Positions 1 to 8,345 of a stretch of 64,000 nucleotides of DNA are shown here, piece by piece. Position 1 is the first letter of the stretch. Each line of letters begins with the position of its first letter. Under the pieces are notes generated by a model, which saw only the letters and a program-made list of their open reading frames with translations, was not told the origin of the DNA and ran no database searches. The DNA is from an uncultured Actinomycetes bacterium (GTDB lineage Bacteria > Actinomycetota > Acidimicrobiia > Acidimicrobiales > CADCTF01): positions 196,428 to 260,427 of the forward strand of contig CAVSUD010000009.1 in the NCBI GenBank assembly GCA_963731055.1, written 5' to 3'. Made by a program: the position numbers and the translations under genes.

Positions 1-50
1 CGCCCCGTTCCTGCCGCTCCGATGAGGAGGTCATGGGGCCACCGGCACCA

Positions 51-441
51 TCAACGCCGCGCCTGCACGAAGATGCCCTCGGCCTCGACGGCGACGGTGC
101 CGTCGGCGAGGAGCAGGCGGCCCTTGACCTTCTGGGTCCGGCGGGACTCGGTCGCGATCGCGCCAGGCCTCGATCCGGATGGTGGAGCCGTCGAGCGGGA
201 CGGGCCGGCGGTAGCGCAGGTTGAGGGTCGCGGTCACGCAGGGGACGCCGTCCATGGCCCAGCCGACCGAGGCCATCGTCTCGTCGAGCACGGTCGCGGC
301 GATCCCGCCGTGGAGGAACCCCGGCGGGCCCCGATGGCCGGGCTTCGGGTCGAACCGGGCGACGAGGCCGGGCGCTTCCTTCGTGAACACCAGCCCGAGG
401 CCGAGCGGGTTCTCGCCGGTGGTGCCTGCCTGGTCGGTCAC
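51..441 (-). CDS. PaaI-type hotdog-fold thioesterase (1 frameshift as assembled)
   Basis: ORF 31..441(-) has a PaaI/4HBT-like core: MTDQAGTTGENPLGLGLVF...FLHGGIAATVLDETMASVGW. The C-terminus continues in another frame (RTQKVKGRLLLADGTVAVEAEGIFVQARR, stop 51-53), so a 1-nt indel lies near 145-155. Confidence 0.7.
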
Positions 442-461
442 GAGCGGCGAAACTACCGGCC

Positions 462-980
462 GTGCGCGTGGTGGCCGGCATCGCCAGGGGTCGCCGCCTC
501 GTGGCGCCGAAGGGTGACCTGACCCGGCCGACGTCGGACTTCGTGCGGGAGGCGATCTTCAACAGCCTCGGGGCGTTCGTCGACCTCGAGGGCGCCACCG
601 TGGCCGATCTCTTCGCCGGCACGGGCGCGCTCGGCATCGAGGCGTTGAGCCGGGGGGCGGCCTCGGCCACGTTCGTGGAGTCCGATCGGCGGGCTCTCGA
701 CGCGATCCGGGCGAACCTCACGGCGACCGGGTTCACCGATCGCGCCTCCGTCCGGAGCGGCGACGTCAACCGCCTGGAGCTCCCCGCCGTGGACGTCGCC
801 TTCCTCGACCCGCCCTACGCGTTCACGGGGTGGCCGACCCTCCTCGAGCGCCTCGACACCGGTCTGGCCGTGCTCGAGAGCGACCGCGAGATCGAGGTCG
901 GCGACGCCTGGCGAGTTCTCAGGTCGAAGAAGTACGGCACTACCGTGGTGACCCTCACTTCCCCGAGGAGTTCCCCGTGA
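462..980 (+). CDS. rsmD: 16S rRNA (guanine966-N2)-methyltransferase RsmD
   Basis: Intact 172-aa ORF with SAM motif DLFAGTGALGIEALSRGA and catalytic FLDPPY. Classic rsmD-coaD pairing with overlapping stop/start (GTGA). Confidence 0.85.
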   Translation: MRVVAGIARGRRLVAPKGDLTRPTSDFVREAIFNSLGAFVDLEGATVADLFAGTGALGIEALSRGAASATFVESDRRALDAIRANLTATGFTDRASVRSGDVNRLELPAVDVAFLDPPYAFTGWPTLLERLDTGLAVLESDREIEVGDAWRVLRSKKYGTTVVTLTSPRSSP

Positions 981-1466
981 GGACTGCCCTCTGCCCGGGT
1001 TCGTTCGACCCGCTGCACAACGGACACATCGACATCTTCGAGATGGCGTCGCGCCTCGTACGACCGCGTCGATCGTGGCGACGATCCGCAACCCCGGCAA
1101 GGGCGAGCCGCTGTTCACGCTGGAGGAGCGCAAGGCGCTCATCTCGGAGTCGCTGGCCCACCTCGACAACATCGAGGTCGTGTCGATGACGAAGCTGACG
1201 GTGGATGTGGCCCGGGAGGTGGGCGCCGACGTGATCGTCAAGGGGCTCCGCGACGGGTCCGACTTCGAGTCCGAGATGCAGCAGGCCCAGATGAACAAGG
1301 CGATCTCGGGGATCGCAGACCGTGTTCCTGCCCTGCGGCCCCGAGACCGCCTTCATCGCCGCCACCCTGATCCGCCAGATCGCCCAGTTCGGCGGCGCCG
1401 ACCGGCTCGACTCGATGGTCCCCGACGTCGGTCGCCAAACGCCTCGCCGAACGGTTCGCCAAGTGA
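977..1466 (+). CDS. coaD: phosphopantetheine adenylyltransferase CoaD (>=3 frameshifts as assembled)
   Basis: Fragments lie in three frames: CPGSFDPLHNGHIDIFEMASRL (ORF 830..), ATIRNPGKGEPLFTLEERKALI...DVIVKGLRDGSDFESEMQQAQMNK (ORF 1075..) and FLPCGPETAFIAATLIRQIAQFGG (ORF 1322..). GTG 977, TGA 1464-1466. Confidence 0.85.
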
Positions 1467-2032
1467 CGGCGTTCGGGAGCAGCACCGGCGCCGACGACAT
1501 CGACGCCGAGACCCTGGTCCGGCGCGTCGATCGAGGTCGTCGGCAACGCGCAAGTCCGTGCCCCTGTCGACCTCGGTGATGGTCGACAAGGACGAGGTCC
1601 TCGAGCTGCTCGAGGACGCGCTCGACCGCCTGCCCGACGAGCTCCGCCAGGCCCGGTGGATGCTCAAGGAGCGGGAGGAGTTCCTGGCCAAGGTCGCAGC
1701 GCGAGGGCGACGAGATCCTCGAAGCAGGCCCGGGTCCGTGCCGAGCGGATGGTGCAGCGCACCGAGATCGTGCGTGAGGCCCGGCACACGGCCCAGCGGC
1801 TCATGGACGACGCCCAGCGACGAGGCCCGCCGGCTGCGGCTCGAGGCCGAGGACTACTGCGACCAGAAGCTGGCGGCGTTCGAGATCGTGCTCGAGCGCA
1901 CGCTGAAGACGGTCGCCGCCGGGCGCGAGAAGCTCTCGGTCACCCCCGCTCCCGCCGATCGTCCCGAGGCGGGCTGGCGTCCGACGACGGCGACTCGCGC
2001 CGACGGCGTTCTTCGACCAGGACCAGTCGTAG
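1463..2032 (+). CDS. DivIVA-like coiled-coil protein, SepIVA (Rv2927c)-like (frameshifted)
   Basis: Segments DDIDAETLVRRVD, SVPLSTSVMVDKDEVLELLEDALDRLPDELRQARWMLKEREEFLAKV, ERMVQRTEIVREARHTAQRLMDDAQ and EARRLRLEAEDYCDQKLAAFEIVLERTLKTVAAGREKL are spread over ORFs 1322.., 1075.. and 1656... They match my recollection of mycobacterial SepIVA. Both ends are approximate. Confidence 0.55.
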
Positions 2033-2047
2033 GCCCCTCCCGCGCCG

Positions 2048-2581
2048 ATGTCCGCCCGTAGCCCCTTCCGCATCAACGTCGCCGAGCATCCGCCGCCACC
2101 AGGACGCCCGGCGCGAGATCGCCAGGGCGAGGTCGACGACCTGTTCGTGAGCGGCGAGCGAGGTCCCGCCCGGCTCCCTGGTCGAGGTGGACGTCGAGTT
2201 GCTGCCGATCGGCGCTGCGATCGAAGCCATCGGCACCGTGACAGGCACCGTGGGCAGGGCCCGTGCCGCGGTGCCTGCAGATGGCCTACGGAACCCTCGA
2301 GGGCACCGTCCGGGAGGTGTTCGAGGACCCGTCACGAGGAGGGTGAGACGCTACCCCTCCTCCACGACGAGATCGACCTGGAGCCGCTGGTGCGCGAAAC
2401 TGTCGCTGCTCGAGCTTGCCCTCGGCGCCCCTCTGTCGCGAGGACTGCCTGGGGCTGTGCCCCACCTGTGGGGTCGGACCGCAACGAGGGCACGTGCAGC
2501 TGCGAACCCGCCCTGGATCCCCGGTGGTCGGCGCTGGACGAGTTGCGCACCACCGACGCGCGAAGAGAGCTCAGGCACCCC
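2048..2581 (+). CDS. DUF177 (YceD-family) protein (frameshifted)
   Basis: MSARSPFRINVAE, VEVDVELLPIGAAIEAIGTVTGT, GETLPLLHDEIDLEPLVRE, CREDCLGLCPTCGV..NEGTCSC..DPRWSALDEL. Sits in the canonical position directly upstream of rpmF. No in-frame stop before rpmF as assembled. Confidence 0.7.
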
Positions 2582-2763
2582 ATGGCCGTCCCCAAGAAGA
2601 AGACCTCCAAGACGAAGACCCGCAGCCGTCGGGCCTCCAACTGGACGCCTGAAGGTGCCGCCGCGGAGCATCTGCCCGCAGTGCGCGCCAGGCCAAGCTG
2701 CCCCACGTCGTGTGCGGCAACTGCGGCTGGTACGGCGGCCGCCAGGCCATCGACGTCGACTGA
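2582..2763 (+). CDS. rpmF: 50S ribosomal protein L32 (>=2 frameshifts as assembled)
   Basis: MAVPKKKTSKTKTRSRRASNW, then KVPPRSICPQC and PHVVCGNCGWYGGRQAIDVD in other frames. ATG 2582, TGA 2761-2763. Confidence 0.85.
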
Positions 2764-2773
2764 CGCGGCACCT

Positions 2774-3765
2774 GCGACCATCCTCCCCATCGCCGTCGAC
2801 GCCATGGGCGGCGACCACGCGCCCGGCGAGATCATCGCGGGCGCGCCGCAGGCCGCGGCCGAGCTCGGCGTTCCGATCGTGCTGGTCGGCCCGCCGGAGC
2901 TGATCGGCGATCCCCTCGGCCTCGAGATCGTCCCGTGCACCGAGGTCATCGACATGGACGAGGACGCCGCGCCAAGGCCGTGCGGCGCAAGAAGGACTCC
3001 TCGCTCGTCGTGCGCCGCCGAGGCCGGTGCGCGACGGCAAGGCCAGCGCCATGGCTCAGCGCCGGCAACACCGGCGCCACGATGGCCTCCGCCCTGCTGC
3101 GGATGGGCCGCCTCCGGGGCGTCAGCCGGCCGGCCATCGCCACCCCGATCCCCGTGCCGGGCTCCACCCCCACGGTGCTGCTCGACGCCGGGGCCAACGC
3201 CGAGTGTCAAGGCGGAGTGGCTGGTCCAGTTCGCGCAGATGGGCACGGCCTATTGCCGGGCCCGCTACGGCATCGCCACGCCCACAGGTCGGGCTCCTCA
3301 CCATCGGCGAGGAGGAGACCAAGGGCACGTCGCTGACCAAGGAGGCCTACGCCCTGCTCCGCGAGGCGCGCCGGGATCCACTTCATCGGCAACGTCGAGG
3401 GGCGTGACCTCCTGACCGACGAGGTCGACGTGGTCGTCACCGACGGGTTCACCGGCAACGTGGCGCTCAAGACCCTCGAGGGCGGGATGAAGTTCCTCCG
3501 CGATGCCGTCTTCAACGCCATGTTGTCGAGCGACGAGGCCATCGAGGCCTCGAAGACCCTGCTGCCGCTCCTGCTGCCGCTCGCCGAGGACCTCGACCCC
3601 GACACCCACGGTGGGGCCATGCTGCTCGGCGTCGACGGCGTCTGCATCATCGGCCACGGCTCGTCGTCGGGCCAGGGCCATCGTCAACGCCGTCCGGGTG
3701 GCCAGGCGACATGGTCGACCAGCGACCTCGTGGCCAAGGTCCAGGCGTCGGTCCGGGCCGAGTAG
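2774..3765 (+). CDS. plsX: phosphate acyltransferase PlsX (>=5 frameshifts as assembled)
   Basis: [85 protein letters not shown] and [37 protein letters not shown] lie in ORFs 2048.., 2935.., 3027.. and 3430... Start codon not identifiable; stop 3763-3765. Confidence 0.85.
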
Positions 3766-3855
3766 GTCCGCTCCCCGACCATTCACAAGGGCACATGGCC
3801 GGTGCGCTACTCTCCGGCTGCCATGCCCGCCGAGACGCACGTAGAACGAAGCCCG

Positions 3856-4119
3856 ATGGACCGCCAGCAGGTGTTCGAGCTGGTCCGGGACCGCCTGGCC
3901 GACATCCTGGAGATCGAGCCGGCGGCCATCGCCGAGGGGGCGTCGTTCGCCGACGACCTCGACGCCGACTCGCTGGCCCTGATCGAGCTGGTCGAGGCCC
4001 TCGAGGAGGAGCTCGGTGAGCGCACCGTCGGCTTCCGCATCGACGACGAGGACCTCGAGGACCTGAAGACCGTGCGCGACGCCGTCGACTACGTCGTCGC
4101 CAAGCTCGACGGCGCATAG
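3856..4119 (+). CDS. acpP: acyl carrier protein
   Basis: Internal ATG of ORF 3802..4119: MDRQQVFELVRDRLADILEI..ASFADDLDADSLALIELVEALEEE. Phosphopantetheine-attachment Ser in DADSL. Intact. Confidence 0.9.
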   Translation: MDRQQVFELVRDRLADILEIEPAAIAEGASFADDLDADSLALIELVEALEEELGERTVGFRIDDEDLEDLKTVRDAVDYVVAKLDGA

Positions 4120-4227
4120 GCCCGAGGACCCGCACCTGACGGTCCCCGCGCCCGACGAGGCCCCGGCCGCACCCCCGTCGCGGTCGAGCGCGGCGCTCGC
4201 CCGCGGTCGGCCGACGTCGCCGCGCTC

Positions 4228-4950
4228 GTGGAGCGGCTCGGGCGGTCCTTCACGGACCCCGAGCTCCTGGACCGGTCGCTGGCCCACCGGTCGTGGTGCG
4301 CCGAGACCGACGGCGTGGCGTCCAACGAGCGGCTCGAGTTCCTCGGCGACGCCGTGCTCGGCCTCGTCGTCACCGACCACATCTTCCGCACCTACCCGAG
4401 CTCCCCGAGGGCGAGCTGGCCAAGGTGCGGGCGTCGGTCGTCAACTCCGCGGCGCTGGCCGAGGTGGCCGCCGAGCTCGACCTCGGCGCGCCCTGCTGCT
4501 GGGCAAGGGCGAGGCGGCATCCGGCGGGCGGGAGAAGCCGTCGATCCTGGCCGACGCCATGGAAGCCGTGATCGGCGCCGTCTACCTCGACGGGGGTTGG
4601 GCGGCCGCTGCCGACCTCGTGATGGGCCTGCTGGGCGAGCGGATCGCGAGGCCGCCGCCGGCCCCGGCGGGCAGGACTACAAGACCCGGCTCCAGGAGCT
4701 GGCCGCCCGCCGGTTCGAGCAGCTGCCCGCGCTACGAGGTCCACGACGAGGGACCCGACCACGCCAAGCGCTTCTTCGCCACCGTCGTCCTGGCCGGCGA
4801 GGAGCGGGGCAGGGCGAGGGGCGCTCGAAGAAGCAGGCCGAGCAGGCCGCGGCGCGCGACGCCTGGGTCGAGCTCCACCACCTCCTCGACGGCTCAGAGC
4901 GGACGACGTCGCCCGTCGCAGCCGGCTCCGACGCCGGGTCGGGGACGTAG
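4228..4950 (+). CDS. rnc: ribonuclease III (>=3 frameshifts as assembled)
   Basis: RNase III signature ERLEFLGDAVLGLVVTDHIF, then ELPEGELAKVRASVVNSAALAEVA, ILADAMEAVIGAVYLDGG, QDYKTRLQELAA, PRYEVHDEGPDHAKRFFATVVLAGEE and GRSKKQAEQAAA (dsRBD), across ORFs 4228.., 4293.. and 4559... Confidence 0.85.
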   Translation: MERLGRSFTDPELLDRSLAHRSWCAETDGVASNERLEFLGDAVLGLVVTDHIFRTYPSSPRASWPRCGRRSSTPRRWPRWPPSSTSARPAAGQGRGGIRRAGEAVDPGRRHGSRDRRRLPRRGLGGRCRPRDGPAGRADREAAAGPGGQDYKTRLQELAARRFEQLPALRGPRRGTRPRQALLRHRRPGRRGAGQGEGRSKKQAEQAAARDAWVELHHLLDGSERTTSPVAAGSDAGSGT

Positions 4951-4955
4951 CACCG

Positions 4956-5794
4956 ATGCCTGAGCTGCCCGAGGTCGAGACCATCCGCCGCGACCTCGAG
5001 AAGGAGGTCGTCGGCAAGCGGATCAAGTCGGTCGAGGTCACCGGCACCCGCTCCATCCGCCGGCACACGAACAAGAAGCAGTTCATCGCCGCCCTCGAGG
5101 GCCGCAAGGTCGCGGGCGTCGACCGCAAGGGCAAGTACCTGCTGGTCCGCCTCGACGGGGGCGACGTGCTGGTCGTCCACCTCGGCATGAGCGGCCAGCT
5201 CATCTGGTCGAAGGGCGGCAAGGAGCCGGTGGCCAAGCACACCCACGTCGTGATCACCTTCGCCCCGACCGGCCAGCTGCGCTTCGTCGACCCGCGCACC
5301 TTCGGCGAGCTGTTCGTCACGACGGCCGACGAGCTCGCCGAGGCCGTACCCGAGCTGGCCCACCTCGGCTTCGACCCGCTCGAGGACGTCATGAGCTGGA
5401 CCCACTTCGGGGAGCTGCTCCACGCCCGGAAGCGCAAGCTCAAGGACCTGCTGATGGACCAGAAGTTCATCGCCGGCATCGGCAACCTCTACTCCGACGA
5501 GATCCTGTGGTCGGCCGGCCTCCGCTACGACCGCTCCTCGGACGACCTCACGACCCAGGAGGTCCGGCGCCTCTGCCGGGCGATGACCGAGGTGCTGCAC
5601 GACGCCATCAAGCACCGCGGCTCGTCCCTCGCCGACGAGCAGTACCGCGACCTCTTCGGCGACGTCGGGGGCTACGCCGCCGAGCACAAGGTCTACGACC
5701 GCGAAGGACAGCACTGCCGCCGGTGCCGCGCCGTATCGTTCGCATCAAGCTCGGCGGGCGCTCGCACTTCCTGTGCGAGCAGTGCCAGATCTGA
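4956..5794 (+). CDS. mutM: formamidopyrimidine-DNA glycosylase (1 frameshift near 5735)
   Basis: ORF 4956.. starts MPELPEVETIRRDL (catalytic Pro2/Glu3) and contains LMDQKFIAGIGNLYSDEILW. The C-terminal zinc finger CRRC...GGRSHFLCEQCQI finishes in the frame of ORF 5507..5794. Confidence 0.9.
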
Positions 5795-5799
5795 CCCCT

Positions 5800-5824
5800 G
5801 GCACTTAACCCCGATCGTTCACGG
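5800..5824 (+). repeat. IS left inverted repeat GGCACTTAACCCCGATCGTTCACGG
   Basis: The reverse complement of 7466-7490 is GGCACCTAACCCCGATCATTCACGG, with 2 mismatches in 25. Confidence 0.8.
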
Positions 5825-5928
5825 CTGGGTTTGAGCCTCTAGGCCTGCATCCGCGAAAGAGCCCTCTTGGCTGGGGAAACTGCGCTTGACGAGAGCTGCA
5901 GGAACCCGACCAGGAGGGCACTTCCGAG

Positions 5929-7290
5929 GTGCAAGGTAACAGCGCGGCGAGGCTGGTTGTGGAACCCGGGGGCGATCAGGTGGTGGCCCATGTCGGGCTC
6001 CACGCGCTGGCGTCGTTCGCCGATCGTGTCGGGGTCGGCCCGGCGTTGTCGGCGGTCCTGGCGACACCGCGGGGAGGACACGACCGGGGGCGGGTGCTGG
6101 TCCACGCGATGGCGATGCTGGCCGGGGGTGGCGAGGCGTGCTCGGACATCGAGCGTCTCCGCGCCCAGCCGGCCCTGTTCGGGATGGTGGCGTCGGACTC
6201 GACGCTGTATCGCACGATCCGCTCGATCGACGAGTCCTGCCTCGACAGCCTTCGTGCCGCGGCCGCCGAGGTGCGCCAGGGGGTGTGGCGCCGCTCGTCG
6301 GTGATGACCGGCACCGACGCGGTGGTCCTGGACGTGGACGCGTCGCTGGTCGAGATCCACTCGGAGAACAAGGAGGGCACCGCCCCTACCTACAAGCGGG
6401 GGTTCGGGTTCGCGCCGATGTTGTGCTTCGCGGACGCCACGGGCGAAGCGTTGGCCGCGAGGCTTCGGCCCGGGAACGCGACCGCGAACTCCATCGCCGA
6501 TCAGCTCGAGGTGATCGACGACGCCGTCGCCCAGCTTCCCGCCGAGATCGCCATTGGCCACCGCCGCGGGAACCGCCGCCGGCGGGTGCGTCGCGAGATC
6601 GTGATCCGAGCCGACTCGGCCGGCGGGACCCGAGGCTTCGCCTCCGAGTTGCGGGCCCGGAACCTCGGGTTCGCGGTCGTGGCCCGCACCGACCCGCAGG
6701 TCAAAGCAGCGATCTCCAGAGCGGCCGGCGAGCCGCAGCGATGGGAGCCGGCCGTCACCCAAGCAGGCGCCGAACGCCCCGGCGCGGCGGTCGCCGAGCT
6801 CACCGACCTCGTCGACCTGTCAGCGTGGCCCGACGGGACCCGCCTCATCGTCCGCCGCGAGCCGCTGCATCCGGGCGCCCAGACCAGCCTGTTCCCCGAC
6901 CTCGAGTTCCGCTACTGGGGCCACTACACCGACCAGACCGGCAGCCCGGTCGACCGGGACGTGTTCATGCGAGCCCACGCCCACGTCGAAGACCACATCC
7001 GCCGCCTCAAGACCTCCGGCCTCGAGCGGTTCCCGTTCACCGATCTCGACGCCAACAAGGCTTGGCTCTGGCTCGTCTGTCTCGGCAACGACCTGGTCCG
7101 CTGGTTCCAGCTCCTCTGCCTCGCCGGCCGGCTCGCCAAAGCCGAACCCAAGACCCTTCGCTGGCAGCTGTGGCACACCCCCGCACGCGTGGTCCGGCGA
7201 GCGCGTCGCACCATCGTCCGGATCCTCGACGGCTGGCCCGCAGCCAACCAGCTCCGACGCGCCTACGAGCACATCGCCCTCATCACCTGA
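5929..7290 (+). CDS. IS1380-family DDE transposase
   Basis: Intact 453-aa ORF (GTG start). Blocks VLDVDASLVEIHSENKEGTAPTYKRGFGFAPML, LRPGNATANS, IRADSAGG, LIVRREPLHPGAQ and HAHVEDHIRRLKTSGLERFPFTDLDANKAWLWLV match the actinobacterial IS1380-type transposases I recall. Confidence 0.8.
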   Translation: MQGNSAARLVVEPGGDQVVAHVGLHALASFADRVGVGPALSAVLATPRGGHDRGRVLVHAMAMLAGGGEACSDIERLRAQPALFGMVASDSTLYRTIRSIDESCLDSLRAAAAEVRQGVWRRSSVMTGTDAVVLDVDASLVEIHSENKEGTAPTYKRGFGFAPMLCFADATGEALAARLRPGNATANSIADQLEVIDDAVAQLPAEIAIGHRRGNRRRRVRREIVIRADSAGGTRGFASELRARNLGFAVVARTDPQVKAAISRAAGEPQRWEPAVTQAGAERPGAAVAELTDLVDLSAWPDGTRLIVRREPLHPGAQTSLFPDLEFRYWGHYTDQTGSPVDRDVFMRAHAHVEDHIRRLKTSGLERFPFTDLDANKAWLWLVCLGNDLVRWFQLLCLAGRLAKAEPKTLRWQLWHTPARVVRRARRTIVRILDGWPAANQLRRAYEHIALIT

Positions 7291-7465
7291 CGGAGTCCGG
7301 CGGCGACGAACTCCGGTCCAGCTCTTCATGAAACGCGGCCCACAACGGGCGGCCCCGCAACGTTCGGGCCCGACCGAGATCCCGAACCCGTCAACAGACC
7401 AAACCGGCCATCGATCCACAGCCCGATACCGCATCACGCCCAACGCCAGCGGCTATCGACACGCC

Positions 7466-7490
7466 CCGTGAATGATCGGGGTTAGGTGCC
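7466..7490 (-). repeat. IS right inverted repeat
   Basis: CCGTGAATGATCGGGGTTAGGTGCC pairs with 5800-5824. CCT flanks both ends (5797-5799 and 7491-7493). Confidence 0.8.
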
Positions 7491-8327
7491 CCTCAGCGCG
7501 CCGAGGGCGAGCACCCGCTCGACGAGCTCGTCCCTGACACGCTCGTGCTTGGGCCGGAACGGCGTCCCCGGTCGCAGCCCCCACAGCGTCAGGTGGAGGA
7601 GCTGCACGAGAAGGGCGCCGCGCCAGAACCACGCCACGTCCTCGGCTGGGACCGCGGCTTCCACCGCGGCCCGCCCGCCGGGCAGGTCGACGAGGGTGAA
7701 CCAGAGGAAGGCCAGGTCCCACGACCGGGGGTACCAGGCCGTCCACTCCCAATCGATGAGCACGGCGGCGCCCGATGCCGATCGGAGGACGTTGCGGGCC
7801 GTGATGTCGCCGTGGCCGACGACGAGCGCCGGCGGATCGTCGGCGGCCTGCCGTCGCACCGCGTCGGCCACGGTGGCCTCGAGGCAGCCTTCGGTGACGG
7901 CCGTGCGAAGGCGTCGGTGGAGGTCGAAGCGGCGCAGGAAGGGCGCCGGAGGGCGGAACCCACGAAGGGCCAACGCCAACGCCACCAGTTCCGCCACGTC
8001 ACCATCGGCCGCGGTCAGCGGGAACTTCGGTCCGAAGGGCTCGCCGTCGATGGCCTCGTAACGCAGCGTGCGGGTGCGGTGGTCGGCGGCCAAGAGGCGG
8101 GCGTGGGGGACCGGCGGGGGATGGCGACGCAGAAGGTGGCCGACCCGCCGTTCGCGCTCGAAGGGCGAGTGGCGACGGCCGAGGTACACCCATCGGAGGC
8201 GCTCGTAGCGCTTCTCCACGGTCCGGCCGTCCTCGCTCCAGACGACCGTGCATCCGCTGCCGCTCACGGTCCGCACGCCGCTCTGAACGTAGCTGACCTG
8301 CGCCTCCGCGGACCGTCCGGCAGGCAC
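7482..8327 (-). CDS. phosphotransferase-family (APH/kinase-like) protein
   Basis: C-terminal 282 codons of ORF 7482..8903(-), with HGDITARNVL and VLIDWEWTAWYPRSWDLAFLW (APH Brenner and IDWE motifs). Start set at GTG 8327 because the upstream part of the ORF is antisense to smc. The last 2 codons and the TAA stop lie inside the IS right repeat. Confidence 0.65.
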   Translation of the reverse strand: MPAGRSAEAQVSYVQSGVRTVSGSGCTVVWSEDGRTVEKRYERLRWVYLGRRHSPFERERRVGHLLRRHPPPVPHARLLAADHRTRTLRYEAIDGEPFGPKFPLTAADGDVAELVALALALRGFRPPAPFLRRFDLHRRLRTAVTEGCLEATVADAVRRQAADDPPALVVGHGDITARNVLRSASGAAVLIDWEWTAWYPRSWDLAFLWFTLVDLPGGRAAVEAAVPAEDVAWFWRGALLVQLLHLTLWGLRPGTPFRPKHERVRDELVERVLALGALRGT

Positions 8328-8345
8328 CGGTAACCTCGGATCCCA

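Larger units (their letters stand above)
5800..7490 (+). mobile_element. IS1380-family insertion sequence (1691 bp, apparently intact)
   Basis: 25-bp terminal inverted repeats (23/25 match) bracket a single uninterrupted 453-aa DDE transposase ORF. Inserted between the convergent 3' ends of mutM and a phosphotransferase gene. Confidence 0.8.

Noticed and set aside
6138-7331. 397-aa alternative-frame ORF inside the IS element.
   Set aside because: It gives an Arg/Pro-rich translation overlapping the intact transposase frame. IS1380-type elements encode a single transposase.
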